Shown piece after piece: positions 43,506 through 52,972 of a DNA stretch of 64,000 nt (positions are counted from its first letter, which is position 1; every line of letters starts with the position of its first letter). The DNA lies in NCBI GenBank assembly GCA_964533775.1, contig CAZHNE010000001.1:3781-67780 (forward strand), in the 5' to 3' direction. The DNA is from an uncultured Spirochaetaceae bacterium. GTDB taxonomy: Bacteria; Spirochaetota; Spirochaetia; Sphaerochaetales; Sphaerochaetaceae. The notes beneath the pieces are model-generated. The model searched no databases. It was not told where the DNA came from and worked only from the letters and a program-made list of their open reading frames with translations. Made by a program: the position numbers and the translations under genes.

Positions 43506-44030
43506 ATGAATCGTATCATTGAGATCATTAAGAACATAGATAATTTTATAGATGAAAAAGCTAAAATATTAGACTCAAAGAAAGTATCTGTGCCAATAAA
43601 CATTGTGGGTGCGGTAATTTTTATTGTTGTATCTATTGTTTTCTTATCTTTAGTTCCAGCACAAATAAAAGTAAATACTGATGCAACTATAACTGCAAGA
43701 ACATTTCCAATATTAATGTTAAGAATTGTTTTAATTTTTTCTATAATTCTTTTAATAAAAGATGTTGTTTACTTAGTTCAAAAGAAAGAAGTTGAAAAAA
43801 AAGAGTTTAGTTTATTAGTAGAAGTAAGATTTTTAATATTATTTGTAATGTTAGTTATTTACTTGGTTTTACTATATTTAACAAGCTTTGTTGTAAGTTC
43901 TGTTGTATTTGGGATTTTAATGCTTTTCTATTTTAGGTCGAAAAAAATATCTAACTATATAATTGTAATTTTAGCAGCAATACTTATTGGGTATTTATTT
44001 CAGAACGTATTAAACGTACGATTGCCATAG
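43506..44030 (+). CDS. tctB: Tripartite tricarboxylate transporter small membrane subunit (TctB-like)
   Basis: Small 4-TM protein located between tctC and tctA. Confidence 0.7.
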   Translation: MNRIIEIIKNIDNFIDEKAKILDSKKVSVPINIVGAVIFIVVSIVFLSLVPAQIKVNTDATITARTFPILMLRIVLIFSIILLIKDVVYLVQKKEVEKKEFSLLVEVRFLILFVMLVIYLVLLYLTSFVVSSVVFGILMLFYFRSKKISNYIIVILAAILIGYLFQNVLNVRLP

Positions 44031-44041
44031 GAGATTATATA

Positions 44042-45538
44042 ATGGATTTATTTTTACAAGGAAGTGCATTATTATTTAATATTCCAAACTTTATTTATAT
44101 GAATATTGGGCTTTTGCTAGGAGTTGTTTTTGGAGCAATACCTGGATTAACAGTAATTTTATGTATTGTATTATTCTTGCCCTTTACTTATAGCTTAGGC
44201 GCTATCGAATCTTTTATGTTCTTACTTGGTATATATTGTGCAGGCTCTTATGGTGGTTCAATTTCTGCAATATTAATTAAAACACCAGGAACACCACACG
44301 CAGCAGCAACAATGTTAGACGGATACCCTTTAACACAAAAAGGTCAGAGCAGGAAAGCTTTAAGAGTAGCTCTTAATGCGTCTACTTATGGTGGTATTTT
44401 TTCAGCTGTTGTTTTACTATTCTTTGCTCCACAAGTTGCTAAGTTTGCACAAATGATGGGTACACCAGAATATTTTCTAGTTTGTGCGTTTGGCTTAACT
44501 ATTATTGCAGGGGTTTCAGGTAATAATTTAATTAAAGGTATAATAACCGGGGCATTTGGACTTTTCCTTTCAACAATTGGAATTGATGCAATGTCTGGTG
44601 GAACAAGGTTTATATTTAATAATATTAATTTATATTCTGGAATTGCTTTAGTAATATCTCTTATTGGGTTATTTGCTTTATCAGAAGTATTAGCAAAAAG
44701 CGAAAAGCAAGAAATTAAAACAAAAGTCGATACTGATTTATTAGAAAAAGATGATGGAAAGCTAACGAAAGAAGAGAAAAGGTCAATGAGAAGACCTATG
44801 ATTCTTTCTGGATTTATAGGTGTTATAATTGGAATTATTCCAGGTACTGGTGCTTCGATGGCAAGCTTTTTCAGTTATGACCGTGCAAGAAGCATGAGTA
44901 AGCATCCTGAAGAATTCGGTAAAGGCTCTGTAGAAGGATTAAGTGCTTGTGAGACTGCAAACAATGCAGTAACAGGTGCAACTTTAATTCCATTATTAAC
45001 TATGGGTATTCCTGGCGACGGAGCTGTTGCAATTATGCTCGGTGCATTAATGATAAATGGTTTAACACCAGGACCAAATCTTTTTGTTGAAAATGGTCCA
45101 GTTATGTACGCAATTATGATTGGATTAATATTTGTAAACTTATTTATGTTTTTGCAAGGTAAACTTTTAACTAAATGGTTTGCTAAAATTATATCTGTAC
45201 CTGTGCAACTGTTAACTCCAATTATTGTAATGTTCTGTTTTGCTGGAGCATTTAGTGTAAACGCATCATTATTTGATGTTGGTGTTACCTTAGTTTTTGC
45301 CCTAATAGCTTATATTATTAATAAATTTGGATTTTCTACTATACCTGTTTTACTGGGTTTAGTTTTAGGTGCATTAACTGAAGAAAACTTTAGAAGATCG
45401 TTAGTCTTAAGTGACGGAAGTTGGTCTATATTCGTTTCAAGTCCAATTTCTATAATATTCTTATTATTGATTATAATTACTGTTTTCTTGATTGTGAAAA
45501 GTCAATTGAGAAATAACAAAGGAGAAACAAGTGAGTAA
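44042..45538 (+). CDS. tctA: Tripartite tricarboxylate transporter large permease (TctA)
   Basis: 498-aa polytopic protein with TctA-type sequence (GAIPGLTVILCIV..., IPGTGASMASF). Confidence 0.9.
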   Translation: MDLFLQGSALLFNIPNFIYMNIGLLLGVVFGAIPGLTVILCIVLFLPFTYSLGAIESFMFLLGIYCAGSYGGSISAILIKTPGTPHAAATMLDGYPLTQKGQSRKALRVALNASTYGGIFSAVVLLFFAPQVAKFAQMMGTPEYFLVCAFGLTIIAGVSGNNLIKGIITGAFGLFLSTIGIDAMSGGTRFIFNNINLYSGIALVISLIGLFALSEVLAKSEKQEIKTKVDTDLLEKDDGKLTKEEKRSMRRPMILSGFIGVIIGIIPGTGASMASFFSYDRARSMSKHPEEFGKGSVEGLSACETANNAVTGATLIPLLTMGIPGDGAVAIMLGALMINGLTPGPNLFVENGPVMYAIMIGLIFVNLFMFLQGKLLTKWFAKIISVPVQLLTPIIVMFCFAGAFSVNASLFDVGVTLVFALIAYIINKFGFSTIPVLLGLVLGALTEENFRRSLVLSDGSWSIFVSSPISIIFLLLIIITVFLIVKSQLRNNKGETSE

Positions 45539-46883
45539 AACGAATGTTGTTGTCTATTTTTCAGATCAACAAAGAGCAGATACAGTAGGTTGTTATGGGC
45601 AACCTTTAGATATAACCCCAAACTTGGATAAGTTAGCAAAAGATGGAATCTTGTTTGAAAATGCATTTTCACCACAACCAGTTTGTGGTCCATGTAGAGC
45701 TATTTTCCAAACAGGTAAGTATGCAACTGATACAGGGTGTTTTAGAAACTCTATTGCATTACCTACAGATTCAAAAACAATTGCACATTATCTTGAAGAT
45801 GATGGATACGAAACAGCTTATGTTGGTAAATGGCATTTAGCCTCTACTGGTGAATTAGAACAAAAACCTCATCAAGATTTTACAACTGTTGCTATTCCAC
45901 AAGAATTAAGAGGTGGATATACAGGATTTTGGAGAGCAAGCGATTTATTAGAATTCACTTCTGATGGATACGGTGGTTTTGTTTTTGATGAAAATAATGA
46001 AAAGCGTGAGTTTGAAGGTTATAGATGTGATAAAATAACAGACTTTGCTATAGATTTTGTTAAAAATCGTGATAAAAATAAACCTTTTATGCTTTTCCTT
46101 TCCCACATTGAACCACATCATCAAAATGATGCACACGAATATCAGGGACCAGTTGGAAGTAAAGAGAAATATAAAAATTTTGTTTTACCTAAAGATTTAG
46201 AAGTATTGCAAGGTGATGCAGCAAAAGAATATCCAGACTATTTAGGACAATGTAATTCTCTAGATACAAACTTACAAAGATTAATCGATCAGCTAAAAGA
46301 AAGTGGAGAATACGATAATACAATTATAATTTACGTAAGTGATCACGGTTCTCACTTCCATACAAGAAACAAAGATGATCATTTAAATGGTTACGATGAT
46401 TACAAAAGATCTGCTCATGATGCATCTTTAAAAATTCCTCTAATCATTGGTGGTGGTAAAATTAAAGAGCCTAAAGTTATAAAAGATCTAGTTAGCTCCG
46501 AATCTCTTGCTAAAACAATTTTATCTATTGCTGATATAGATGTAGAAGATAAAATGATAGGTGAAAACCTTCTTGATGTAGCATACAATAAGCCAGAAGA
46601 CAGACCTAATGAAGTTTATGCACAAATTTCAGAGAGCAAGATTGGTAGATGTATTAGAACAGAAAGATATCTTTATAGCATATACGCTCCTAACATAAAC
46701 GGTGGTGAAAAAGCTTCAACTGATAAATATTCTGATGACTGCTTATATGATATGAGTAAAGATCCACATCAATTAACTAACCTGATACTTGATCCTGAAT
46801 ATGATAGTATTAAAGACGAGTTGAGAACAAAGTTGAAAAATTGGATTAAAGAAGTTGAAGATATCGATGTTATAATTCAATAA
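45531..46883 (+). CDS. Cys-type sulfatase family protein, no signal peptide
   Basis: N-terminus VVYFSDQQRAD and the formylglycine motif CGPCRAIFQTGK (Cys codon at 45684-45686). GTG start with GGAG 6 nt upstream, overlapping the tctA stop by 8 nt. Confidence 0.85.
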   Translation: MSKTNVVVYFSDQQRADTVGCYGQPLDITPNLDKLAKDGILFENAFSPQPVCGPCRAIFQTGKYATDTGCFRNSIALPTDSKTIAHYLEDDGYETAYVGKWHLASTGELEQKPHQDFTTVAIPQELRGGYTGFWRASDLLEFTSDGYGGFVFDENNEKREFEGYRCDKITDFAIDFVKNRDKNKPFMLFLSHIEPHHQNDAHEYQGPVGSKEKYKNFVLPKDLEVLQGDAAKEYPDYLGQCNSLDTNLQRLIDQLKESGEYDNTIIIYVSDHGSHFHTRNKDDHLNGYDDYKRSAHDASLKIPLIIGGGKIKEPKVIKDLVSSESLAKTILSIADIDVEDKMIGENLLDVAYNKPEDRPNEVYAQISESKIGRCIRTERYLYSIYAPNINGGEKASTDKYSDDCLYDMSKDPHQLTNLILDPEYDSIKDELRTKLKNWIKEVEDIDVIIQ

Positions 46884-46900
46884 AGAAGTAGAGACCCATT

Positions 46901-47965
46901 ATGGCAAAAAAGTTTAAAAAAGATGTTATTTATGATTATATTAAAGTTTTTATAGAACAAAACAAATATAACTCAACAAATAAAATCCCTTCTGAAAACT
47001 ATCTATGCTCAAGGTTTAACGCAAGCCGTGAAACAGTTAGAAGAGCTTTAGATCAACTAAAAGAAGAAAAAATTGTTTTTGCTGTAAAAGGCTCTGGAAC
47101 ATATTTTAAACCAGTAGCTATCCAAGACAATATAATTAGTAACAATTGTCGATATAGGGTAGCTACAATTATTCAAGGCCAAGATAAACATGCAAATAAA
47201 CAGTTTATAAAAGGCTTACAAGAAAAGCTTGAAAACCAAAATATAGAATTAAGAATATTTTATACAGGAAACAAGCTTTCCAATGAAAGAGCTTGCCTAA
47301 AAGCTTGCATTAAAGGCTTTGATGGATTAATCATTGACGGCGTAAAAGCCAGTTTAATGAACTCTAATTTAGATGTTTATCATCAAATTGAGCAGAAAGA
47401 TATTAGATGTCTTTTTTATAACAACTACTATCCAGAAACTAATTTCCCAAAAGTAATTATTGACGATAACTATTGTGCTCATTTGCTAGTAAAACAAATA
47501 GTAGAAGAAGGTCACACCGATATAGCAGGTGTCTTTTTTTATGACAATTACCAAGGAATCCAAAAATATAAAGGCTTTATCGAAGCCTTAAACAAACATA
47601 AAATCGAAATAAAAGATGAAAACATTAAATGGATTCTTAGTGAAGACATTGATGAAGAAAAAGAATTCGATCGAATTATCAACAGATTCCTTAATAAAAA
47701 TAAAAGTACAGCAATTATTTGTTGTAACTTTATGATTTTAAAAAAAATCCAAAGTAAAATAAAATATCCAAGAAAGTTAGCCTGTTTTGACTATTCAGAT
47801 GATAAATGGGAAGAAGAAAATATTTTATGCTCTATTTCTCCCTCATATGAAGTAGGACAAAAGGTTGGTGCTACCATTATAAAAATGTTAGAAGATAATA
47901 ATTTTAAAATTAGAAACTATTCACATATTTTCAAACCAACTATTTACTATCCTGAATCAAAATAA
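46901..47965 (+). CDS. AraR-type regulator (GntR wHTH + LacI-like periplasmic-binding fold)
   Basis: IPSENYLCSRFNASRETVRRALDQLKEEKIV wHTH, then a sugar-binding-fold domain of about 270 aa. Confidence 0.75.
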   Translation: MAKKFKKDVIYDYIKVFIEQNKYNSTNKIPSENYLCSRFNASRETVRRALDQLKEEKIVFAVKGSGTYFKPVAIQDNIISNNCRYRVATIIQGQDKHANKQFIKGLQEKLENQNIELRIFYTGNKLSNERACLKACIKGFDGLIIDGVKASLMNSNLDVYHQIEQKDIRCLFYNNYYPETNFPKVIIDDNYCAHLLVKQIVEEGHTDIAGVFFYDNYQGIQKYKGFIEALNKHKIEIKDENIKWILSEDIDEEKEFDRIINRFLNKNKSTAIICCNFMILKKIQSKIKYPRKLACFDYSDDKWEEENILCSISPSYEVGQKVGATIIKMLEDNNFKIRNYSHIFKPTIYYPESK

Positions 47966-47986
47966 CACACACCTTTTATAATCTTA

Positions 47987-48038
47987 TTGACAGGGCACCT
48001 TTGATGTTGTATGGTTAGTTACTGAAGTAGTTAACCAT
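47987..48038 (+). promoter_or_regulatory. Promoter plus imperfect palindrome (candidate YtrA-type autoregulatory operator)
   Basis: TTGACA, 17 nt, TATGGT. ATGGTTAGTTACT-GA-AGTAGTTAACCAT (48011-48038) overlaps the -10. Confidence 0.45.
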
Positions 48039-48062
48039 ATAACATTATATAAAGGAAAAACC

Positions 48063-48440
48063 ATGAATTTTAAACAAAATGATATTCCCATTTATATTCA
48101 AGTTGCAAAAGGTTTAGAAGAAAATATTTTTATTGGACTCTATAAAGAAGGAGAACAGATACCTTCTACAACAGAAATCTCAATAGGATATAGCTTAAAC
48201 CCGGCCACTGTATTAAAGGGTGTGAATCTTCTTGTAAACGAGGGGATAATTTATAAGAAGCGAGGAATTGGCATGTTTGTAAGTGAAGGTGCTAGAGAAA
48301 AAACCAAAAAAAAGAGAATGAGTTCATTTAAAGAAAGCTTTATTGACCCATTAATAAAAGAAGCAAAAAACCTTGGTTTTCAAAAGAGCGATATAATTGA
48401 AATAATAGGAAAGGAAATTGATAATGAAATTACAAATTAA
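48063..48440 (+). CDS. GntR family regulator, YtrA subfamily
   Basis: 125 aa. wHTH (QIPSTTEISIGYSLNPATVLKGVNLLVNEGIIYKKRGIGMFV) with a short C-terminal helix pair. Confidence 0.8.
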   Translation: MNFKQNDIPIYIQVAKGLEENIFIGLYKEGEQIPSTTEISIGYSLNPATVLKGVNLLVNEGIIYKKRGIGMFVSEGAREKTKKKRMSSFKESFIDPLIKEAKNLGFQKSDIIEIIGKEIDNEITN

Positions 48441-49272
48441 TAATATTAGTAAAAATTTTAAAAATGTAAAAGCTTTAGATGATTTATCATTAGAGGTAGA
48501 AACAGGTAAAATTTACACACTTCTTGGAAGAAATGGTGCTGGAAAAAGTACTTTAATGAATATTATAACAAATAGAATCTTCCCAACCTCAGGAACTATT
48601 ACAATTGATGGTGTTGATGTTTTTAACAACGATACTCAATTAAGCAAAATCTTTTTAATGAGTGATGAAGACTTCTTTGGCCCTATTTCTTGTTTAAAAG
48701 CTTTAAAGATGGCTAAACATTTTGATAGCAATTTTAATTACGATTATGCTTTAGAGCTAGCTAATGATTTTAGTTTAAATTTAAAACTAGATATAAATAA
48801 ACTATCTACTGGCTATAGTTCAATTTTTAAAGTTATCTTAGCCCTATGTACAAGTGCTAATTTTGTGCTGTTTGACGAGCCTGTATTAGGTTTAGACGCA
48901 TCTCATAGAGATATGTTTTATAGACTGTTAATATCGAGCTTTTTAGAAAAAGAGGGAGATGTTTGTTATATAGTTAGTACTCATTTAATAGATGAAATTG
49001 CTACCTTAGCTCATGAAGCTATCATTATCAATAATGGAAAACAAGTAACACACGGACCTGTTGATGATTTAAGTGCAACGGTTTTAGAGGTTTATGGACC
49101 TAAAGAATTAGTAGATAAAGCAATTGTCAATTCAGACGTATTAGGAACTAGTAAAGTTGGTAAAATTCATTCTGCTTATGTAAAAGGCAGCGTTGAAGAA
49201 GTAGAGGGCGTCACTGTTAAGAGTGTTGATCTTCAAAGAATGTTTATTGAAATAACAAAAAGGAATAACTAA
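48424..49272 (+). CDS. ABC transporter ATP-binding protein
   Basis: Walker A GRNGAGKST, signature LSTGYSS, Walker B VLFDEP. The ATG at 48424 is preferred over the TTG at 48418. Confidence 0.85.
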   Translation: MKLQINNISKNFKNVKALDDLSLEVETGKIYTLLGRNGAGKSTLMNIITNRIFPTSGTITIDGVDVFNNDTQLSKIFLMSDEDFFGPISCLKALKMAKHFDSNFNYDYALELANDFSLNLKLDINKLSTGYSSIFKVILALCTSANFVLFDEPVLGLDASHRDMFYRLLISSFLEKEGDVCYIVSTHLIDEIATLAHEAIIINNGKQVTHGPVDDLSATVLEVYGPKELVDKAIVNSDVLGTSKVGKIHSAYVKGSVEEVEGVTVKSVDLQRMFIEITKRNN

Positions 49273-50060
49273 TGGACATAAAAAAAACTTATACATATTT
49301 TTTAAAAGAAAATTTATTGATGACTGCAATTATTTACTCCATTGTAGTAGCGGTAACCCTTTTGGTTACATTGTTTGCTTTTTTTGTAGGAGAGAGGTAT
49401 GTAGTTAGTGATTTAGTATCCTTAATACCATCTTTTTTTACAGTCTTAGTTGTATCCTTTATATTTAGCCTTATATCAAATAATACAATGGATTTAGCTT
49501 GTAATCAGTTTGGAAAAAGCAGAAAAACATCTTATATATCAAATATATTAGTAATGGTTTCAATCTCGTTCCTTATAGCTTTTGTTTTTTCAACCCTAAC
49601 ATCATTTTTCTATAAATCTCAATATGCTAATTATTTAATGCGCTCATCATCTAGTTTTGGGAGCTTGTATTCAGGAAATGATACAAAATATTTATCCTAT
49701 TTTTCTTACTGGCTTTATAACTTTGCATATTATACATATATCTCGATTGCAGCCTCTACAGTTGGTATTTTTATATACTCTTTATGGGCAAGGTTAGAAA
49801 AATTATATAGATGGATAGTATTTTTATTTATTCCTGTTACATTAGCTTATGTTGTTCCTAGAGTAATAATTTATTTCTTCTTTGAATCAAACGGAAGAAG
49901 CCCAATGAACTTTTTTGTGAGAATAATTAAGTTATTTGGTCTTGAAAACGGATTTGGATATCAGTTTATATTTGTTTCTATCATTCTTACTGTCATACCA
50001 CTATTAATAGTTTCATATTTTATTATGTTAAAAAAACCTCTTTATGGTAAAAAGAAGTAA
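49272..50060 (+). CDS. Hypothetical polytopic membrane protein (probable permease partner of the YtrA-type ABC system)
   Basis: Six or more hydrophobic segments. Start overlaps the ATPase stop by 1 nt. No recognised motif. Confidence 0.5.
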   Translation: MDIKKTYTYFLKENLLMTAIIYSIVVAVTLLVTLFAFFVGERYVVSDLVSLIPSFFTVLVVSFIFSLISNNTMDLACNQFGKSRKTSYISNILVMVSISFLIAFVFSTLTSFFYKSQYANYLMRSSSSFGSLYSGNDTKYLSYFSYWLYNFAYYTYISIAASTVGIFIYSLWARLEKLYRWIVFLFIPVTLAYVVPRVIIYFFFESNGRSPMNFFVRIIKLFGLENGFGYQFIFVSIILTVIPLLIVSYFIMLKKPLYGKKK

Positions 50061-50065
50061 TAAGT

Positions 50066-50094
50066 AAGGCTAGGCTTAAGTAAAGTCTAGCCTT
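50066..50094 (+). terminator. Weak hairpin terminator after the YtrA-type operon
   Basis: AAGGCTAG, 13-nt loop, CTAGCCTT. The U-tail is poor (CTTGTG). Confidence 0.35.
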
Positions 50095-50098
50095 CTTG

Positions 50099-50107
50099 TG
50101 ATATAAT
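50099..50107 (+). promoter_or_regulatory. Extended -10 promoter element
   Basis: TGATATAAT, embedded in the palindrome GTGATATAATCAC (50098-50110). Confidence 0.4.
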
Positions 50108-50158
50108 CACATATAAACAAGCTTTGTTTGTTTATAGTAGAATGATGAGGCATTAATT

Positions 50159-50758
50159 ATGAAAAAAAACCAAGGTAAAAAGCTATATAATATAGGTGAA
50201 ACATTTGTTCACTTAATTAAAGCTTTTGCAACAATAAAATATTTAACTAAAGAAAGAAAGAACAAAACTATAAGTCTTCAGTTTCAAGAGCGAATAATGT
50301 TGGCAGTAACAGAAGTAAATGGATGCGCAATGTGCTCATATGCTCATACTAAAATGGCTTTAGATGCCGGTCTTTCTAATGATGAGATATCTCAGTTACT
50401 AAAAGGTAGTAATCAGGAGAATACTCCAGATGATGAGCTTAATGCTATTTTATTCTCTTCCTACTATGCAGATTGTAGGGGTAAGGTTGAAAAGAGCATT
50501 TGGCAAAAGATTGTTGATGAATATAACATAGATAAGGCTTTAGGTATTTTAGGTGCAATTAGAATGATTACACTTGGAAATATTTTAGGTATTGCTTTAG
50601 GATCTTTTATCTCAAGATTTAAAAAAGATAAAAGTCATAGAGATAGTAGAACAACTCTCTTCTATGAGTTAGTGATAATTTTAACATTTATTCCACTTAG
50701 TTTAATTGCTTTTGTAATTTCTCTATTTTTAAGGCTTTTTAAAGTAAAATTAATTTGA
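50159..50758 (+). CDS. Carboxymuconolactone decarboxylase (AhpD-like) family protein with C-terminal TM segment
   Basis: VTEVNGCAMCSYAH CxxC/H motif typical of the CMD family. Hydrophobic C-terminal helix. Confidence 0.65.
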   Translation: MKKNQGKKLYNIGETFVHLIKAFATIKYLTKERKNKTISLQFQERIMLAVTEVNGCAMCSYAHTKMALDAGLSNDEISQLLKGSNQENTPDDELNAILFSSYYADCRGKVEKSIWQKIVDEYNIDKALGILGAIRMITLGNILGIALGSFISRFKKDKSHRDSRTTLFYELVIILTFIPLSLIAFVISLFLRLFKVKLI

Positions 50759-51931
50759 TTTATCAACAATTGAAGTAAATGCACAATATGCGGTTGACCA
50801 GCAAGCTTGTAAATTATATCCACCACAGTCACCGCAAAAGTCTATCACTTCTCCGCAGAAGTATAGATTCTCTATTAGTTTTGACTCCATTGTTTTACTG
50901 TTAATTTCTTTTAAGCTAACACCACCTGCTGTTGCCATAGCACCTTTTAGTTGCTTTTTTAAAGAAATTTCAACTTTCCACCTTTTTAACTTTTCATTTA
51001 TTAAACTAATTTTCTTATTAGATATGTTTGCACATTTATCATCCTCAATATTTAGAGTATTTAAAATGTAAGAAACAAGTCTTGAAGGTAGGTTAGTTTG
51101 ATATCTAATACTAGTACTTAATAACTTAGGACTATTTTCTTTTTCAATTGTCGTATTAAGGTTTAAGTAAATTGTTTGATTTGAAGAGGCATGTTTTGAA
51201 ATATCTAAAACAACAGGGCCAGATATCCCTATTCTAGTAAAAAGCAAATCGTCAGTGAGTTTAATTGTTTTCTTTTTCTTAGAAGTTAAATCATCAAAAG
51301 AAATAGTAACATTGTTTAGTGAAATTCCTTCAATCGCACTAACATTTTCACTCTCTATTTTAAAACTAGCTAAGCCTGGTTTAGGATCTACTATTGAATG
51401 ATTAAATTGTTTTGCAAACAAATATCCATCTCCAGTAGAGCCTGTTGCAGGGTAGGAAACTCCCCCACAAGCAATTACAAGATTAATTGCTTTATATTCC
51501 CCGTTTACTAAAAAATAGCCATTTTCTTTCTTAACTGTTTCTACTGTTAGATTAGTTTCTAAAGAATAATTATCATTTAGCAGAACATCTAATACATCAG
51601 TTGCTTTTCTTGATTTAGGAAAAACTTTACCATCTTCTCTAGTATTAAGAGGTAAGTTTCTTTTTTCGAACCACTTTTGTGTTTCATCTGGAGAAAGAAG
51701 AGCAAAGCTGGGACCCAAGAACTTATTTGCTTTATCAAAATGTTTTAGCATTTTATAGCTAGCATCATCTCTTGTTAGATTACACATGCCTCCACCAGTA
51801 AGTAGGAGTTTTTTAGCAGGAGAGTCCATTTTTTCTAAAACTAATGTGGATATATTTTTTTCAGCTAAGTTTTTTGCTAAAAACAAACCTGATGCTCCAC
51901 CTCCAATAATTATTGTATTAAAAGTTTTCAC
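50750..51931 (-). CDS. HI0933/BaiN-like FAD-dependent oxidoreductase
   Basis: N-terminus IIIGGGASGLFLA, and GGMCNLT and GEVIDFCGDCGGYNLQ motifs. Confidence 0.8.
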   Translation of the reverse strand: MKTFNTIIIGGGASGLFLAKNLAEKNISTLVLEKMDSPAKKLLLTGGGMCNLTRDDASYKMLKHFDKANKFLGPSFALLSPDETQKWFEKRNLPLNTREDGKVFPKSRKATDVLDVLLNDNYSLETNLTVETVKKENGYFLVNGEYKAINLVIACGGVSYPATGSTGDGYLFAKQFNHSIVDPKPGLASFKIESENVSAIEGISLNNVTISFDDLTSKKKKTIKLTDDLLFTRIGISGPVVLDISKHASSNQTIYLNLNTTIEKENSPKLLSTSIRYQTNLPSRLVSYILNTLNIEDDKCANISNKKISLINEKLKRWKVEISLKKQLKGAMATAGGVSLKEINSKTMESKLIENLYFCGEVIDFCGDCGGYNLQACWSTAYCAFTSIVDKSN

Positions 51932-51934
51932 TTA

Positions 51935-52972
51935 TTATAATCCTATAGCTTTTAAAGCTTCTTTTGGAACAAATTGATTTAGTACTTTAAGAGTTTCTTT
52001 TCTTATTTGGACTAAAATATACATAGACCCTTCTTTTAGTATTGCAGCAAAACCTTGAGGCTCTGGATTTGTAGTTACATTTGTTTGAACAGCACTACCA
52101 TCAAATGATCCTTTTCCTTGAGATGCTAAAAACCTATCAAAGTTCCATTGGTTAATATCATACTCACTCTCTAACTCTTCCTCTATTTCATCAGGTAAGT
52201 TAACAAAAAAGTCAATATTAGTAATTTCTTCAACTTCATTTACACTGACAGCATACTCTTCAAGTTCTTTTTCACCTTTCTTGTTAGGTAGAATAAAGCC
52301 AATTGCTTTTATTTCAGGCTCTTTGTAATCTAATACAACCTTATAATAATAATTAGGAATAGCAACTTCATTTTCACCTATTGTTTCATAAGGACCGTCT
52401 GTTAAAACAGGACCAGTTGCGACGTATACCTCATAATTATCGTCAGCAAAAGTTCTAACACAGCTTTCTAACTCTGCCCATATTCGTCTATTAAAGTCAG
52501 GATGTTGCGGGCTCATATTACTCATGTAAAAAGAATCAGACATAGCCTTTTCACTTTCTTTTTGATCTGCTGCAGGGATTAAGTGACCTCTATCGTATCC
52601 ACTACCTCTGTAATCAGCTAAGTTAGCACTACCGGTTATTATGTTAGGATCTTCTCTAAAGTTATCTTTTCTTTCATGCGGTCCATATAATTCATTTTGA
52701 GTTAACTTATAAGCAACGTAGCTAGGTTGTTCATACTTTTCATTATAGCTAAGAGTAAACCCATCATAATGAACTACCTGTTCGCCTTCTATTGGAGAAG
52801 GTAAGTGAAGATTCGGAATATAGTCTATTTCAAGAGAAATTGGTTGTGACTCTTGCCACTCTTCTTCACTCGGAGCTAAATATAATGAGAGAACTGAAAT
52901 TATTAATAATATTAAAACTAATATTATAATATTCCTTATACTCTTTTTTAAAGCAGTTTTTTTCTTTGCCAT
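51935..52972 (-). CDS. Membrane-anchored DNA/RNA non-specific endonuclease (DRGH family)
   Basis: N-terminal TM anchor, YDRGHLIPAADQ and NMSPQ catalytic motifs, plus a C-terminal extension of about 100 aa. Confidence 0.85.
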   Translation of the reverse strand: MAKKKTALKKSIRNIIILVLILLIISVLSLYLAPSEEEWQESQPISLEIDYIPNLHLPSPIEGEQVVHYDGFTLSYNEKYEQPSYVAYKLTQNELYGPHERKDNFREDPNIITGSANLADYRGSGYDRGHLIPAADQKESEKAMSDSFYMSNMSPQHPDFNRRIWAELESCVRTFADDNYEVYVATGPVLTDGPYETIGENEVAIPNYYYKVVLDYKEPEIKAIGFILPNKKGEKELEEYAVSVNEVEEITNIDFFVNLPDEIEEELESEYDINQWNFDRFLASQGKGSFDGSAVQTNVTTNPEPQGFAAILKEGSMYILVQIRKETLKVLNQFVPKEALKAIGL

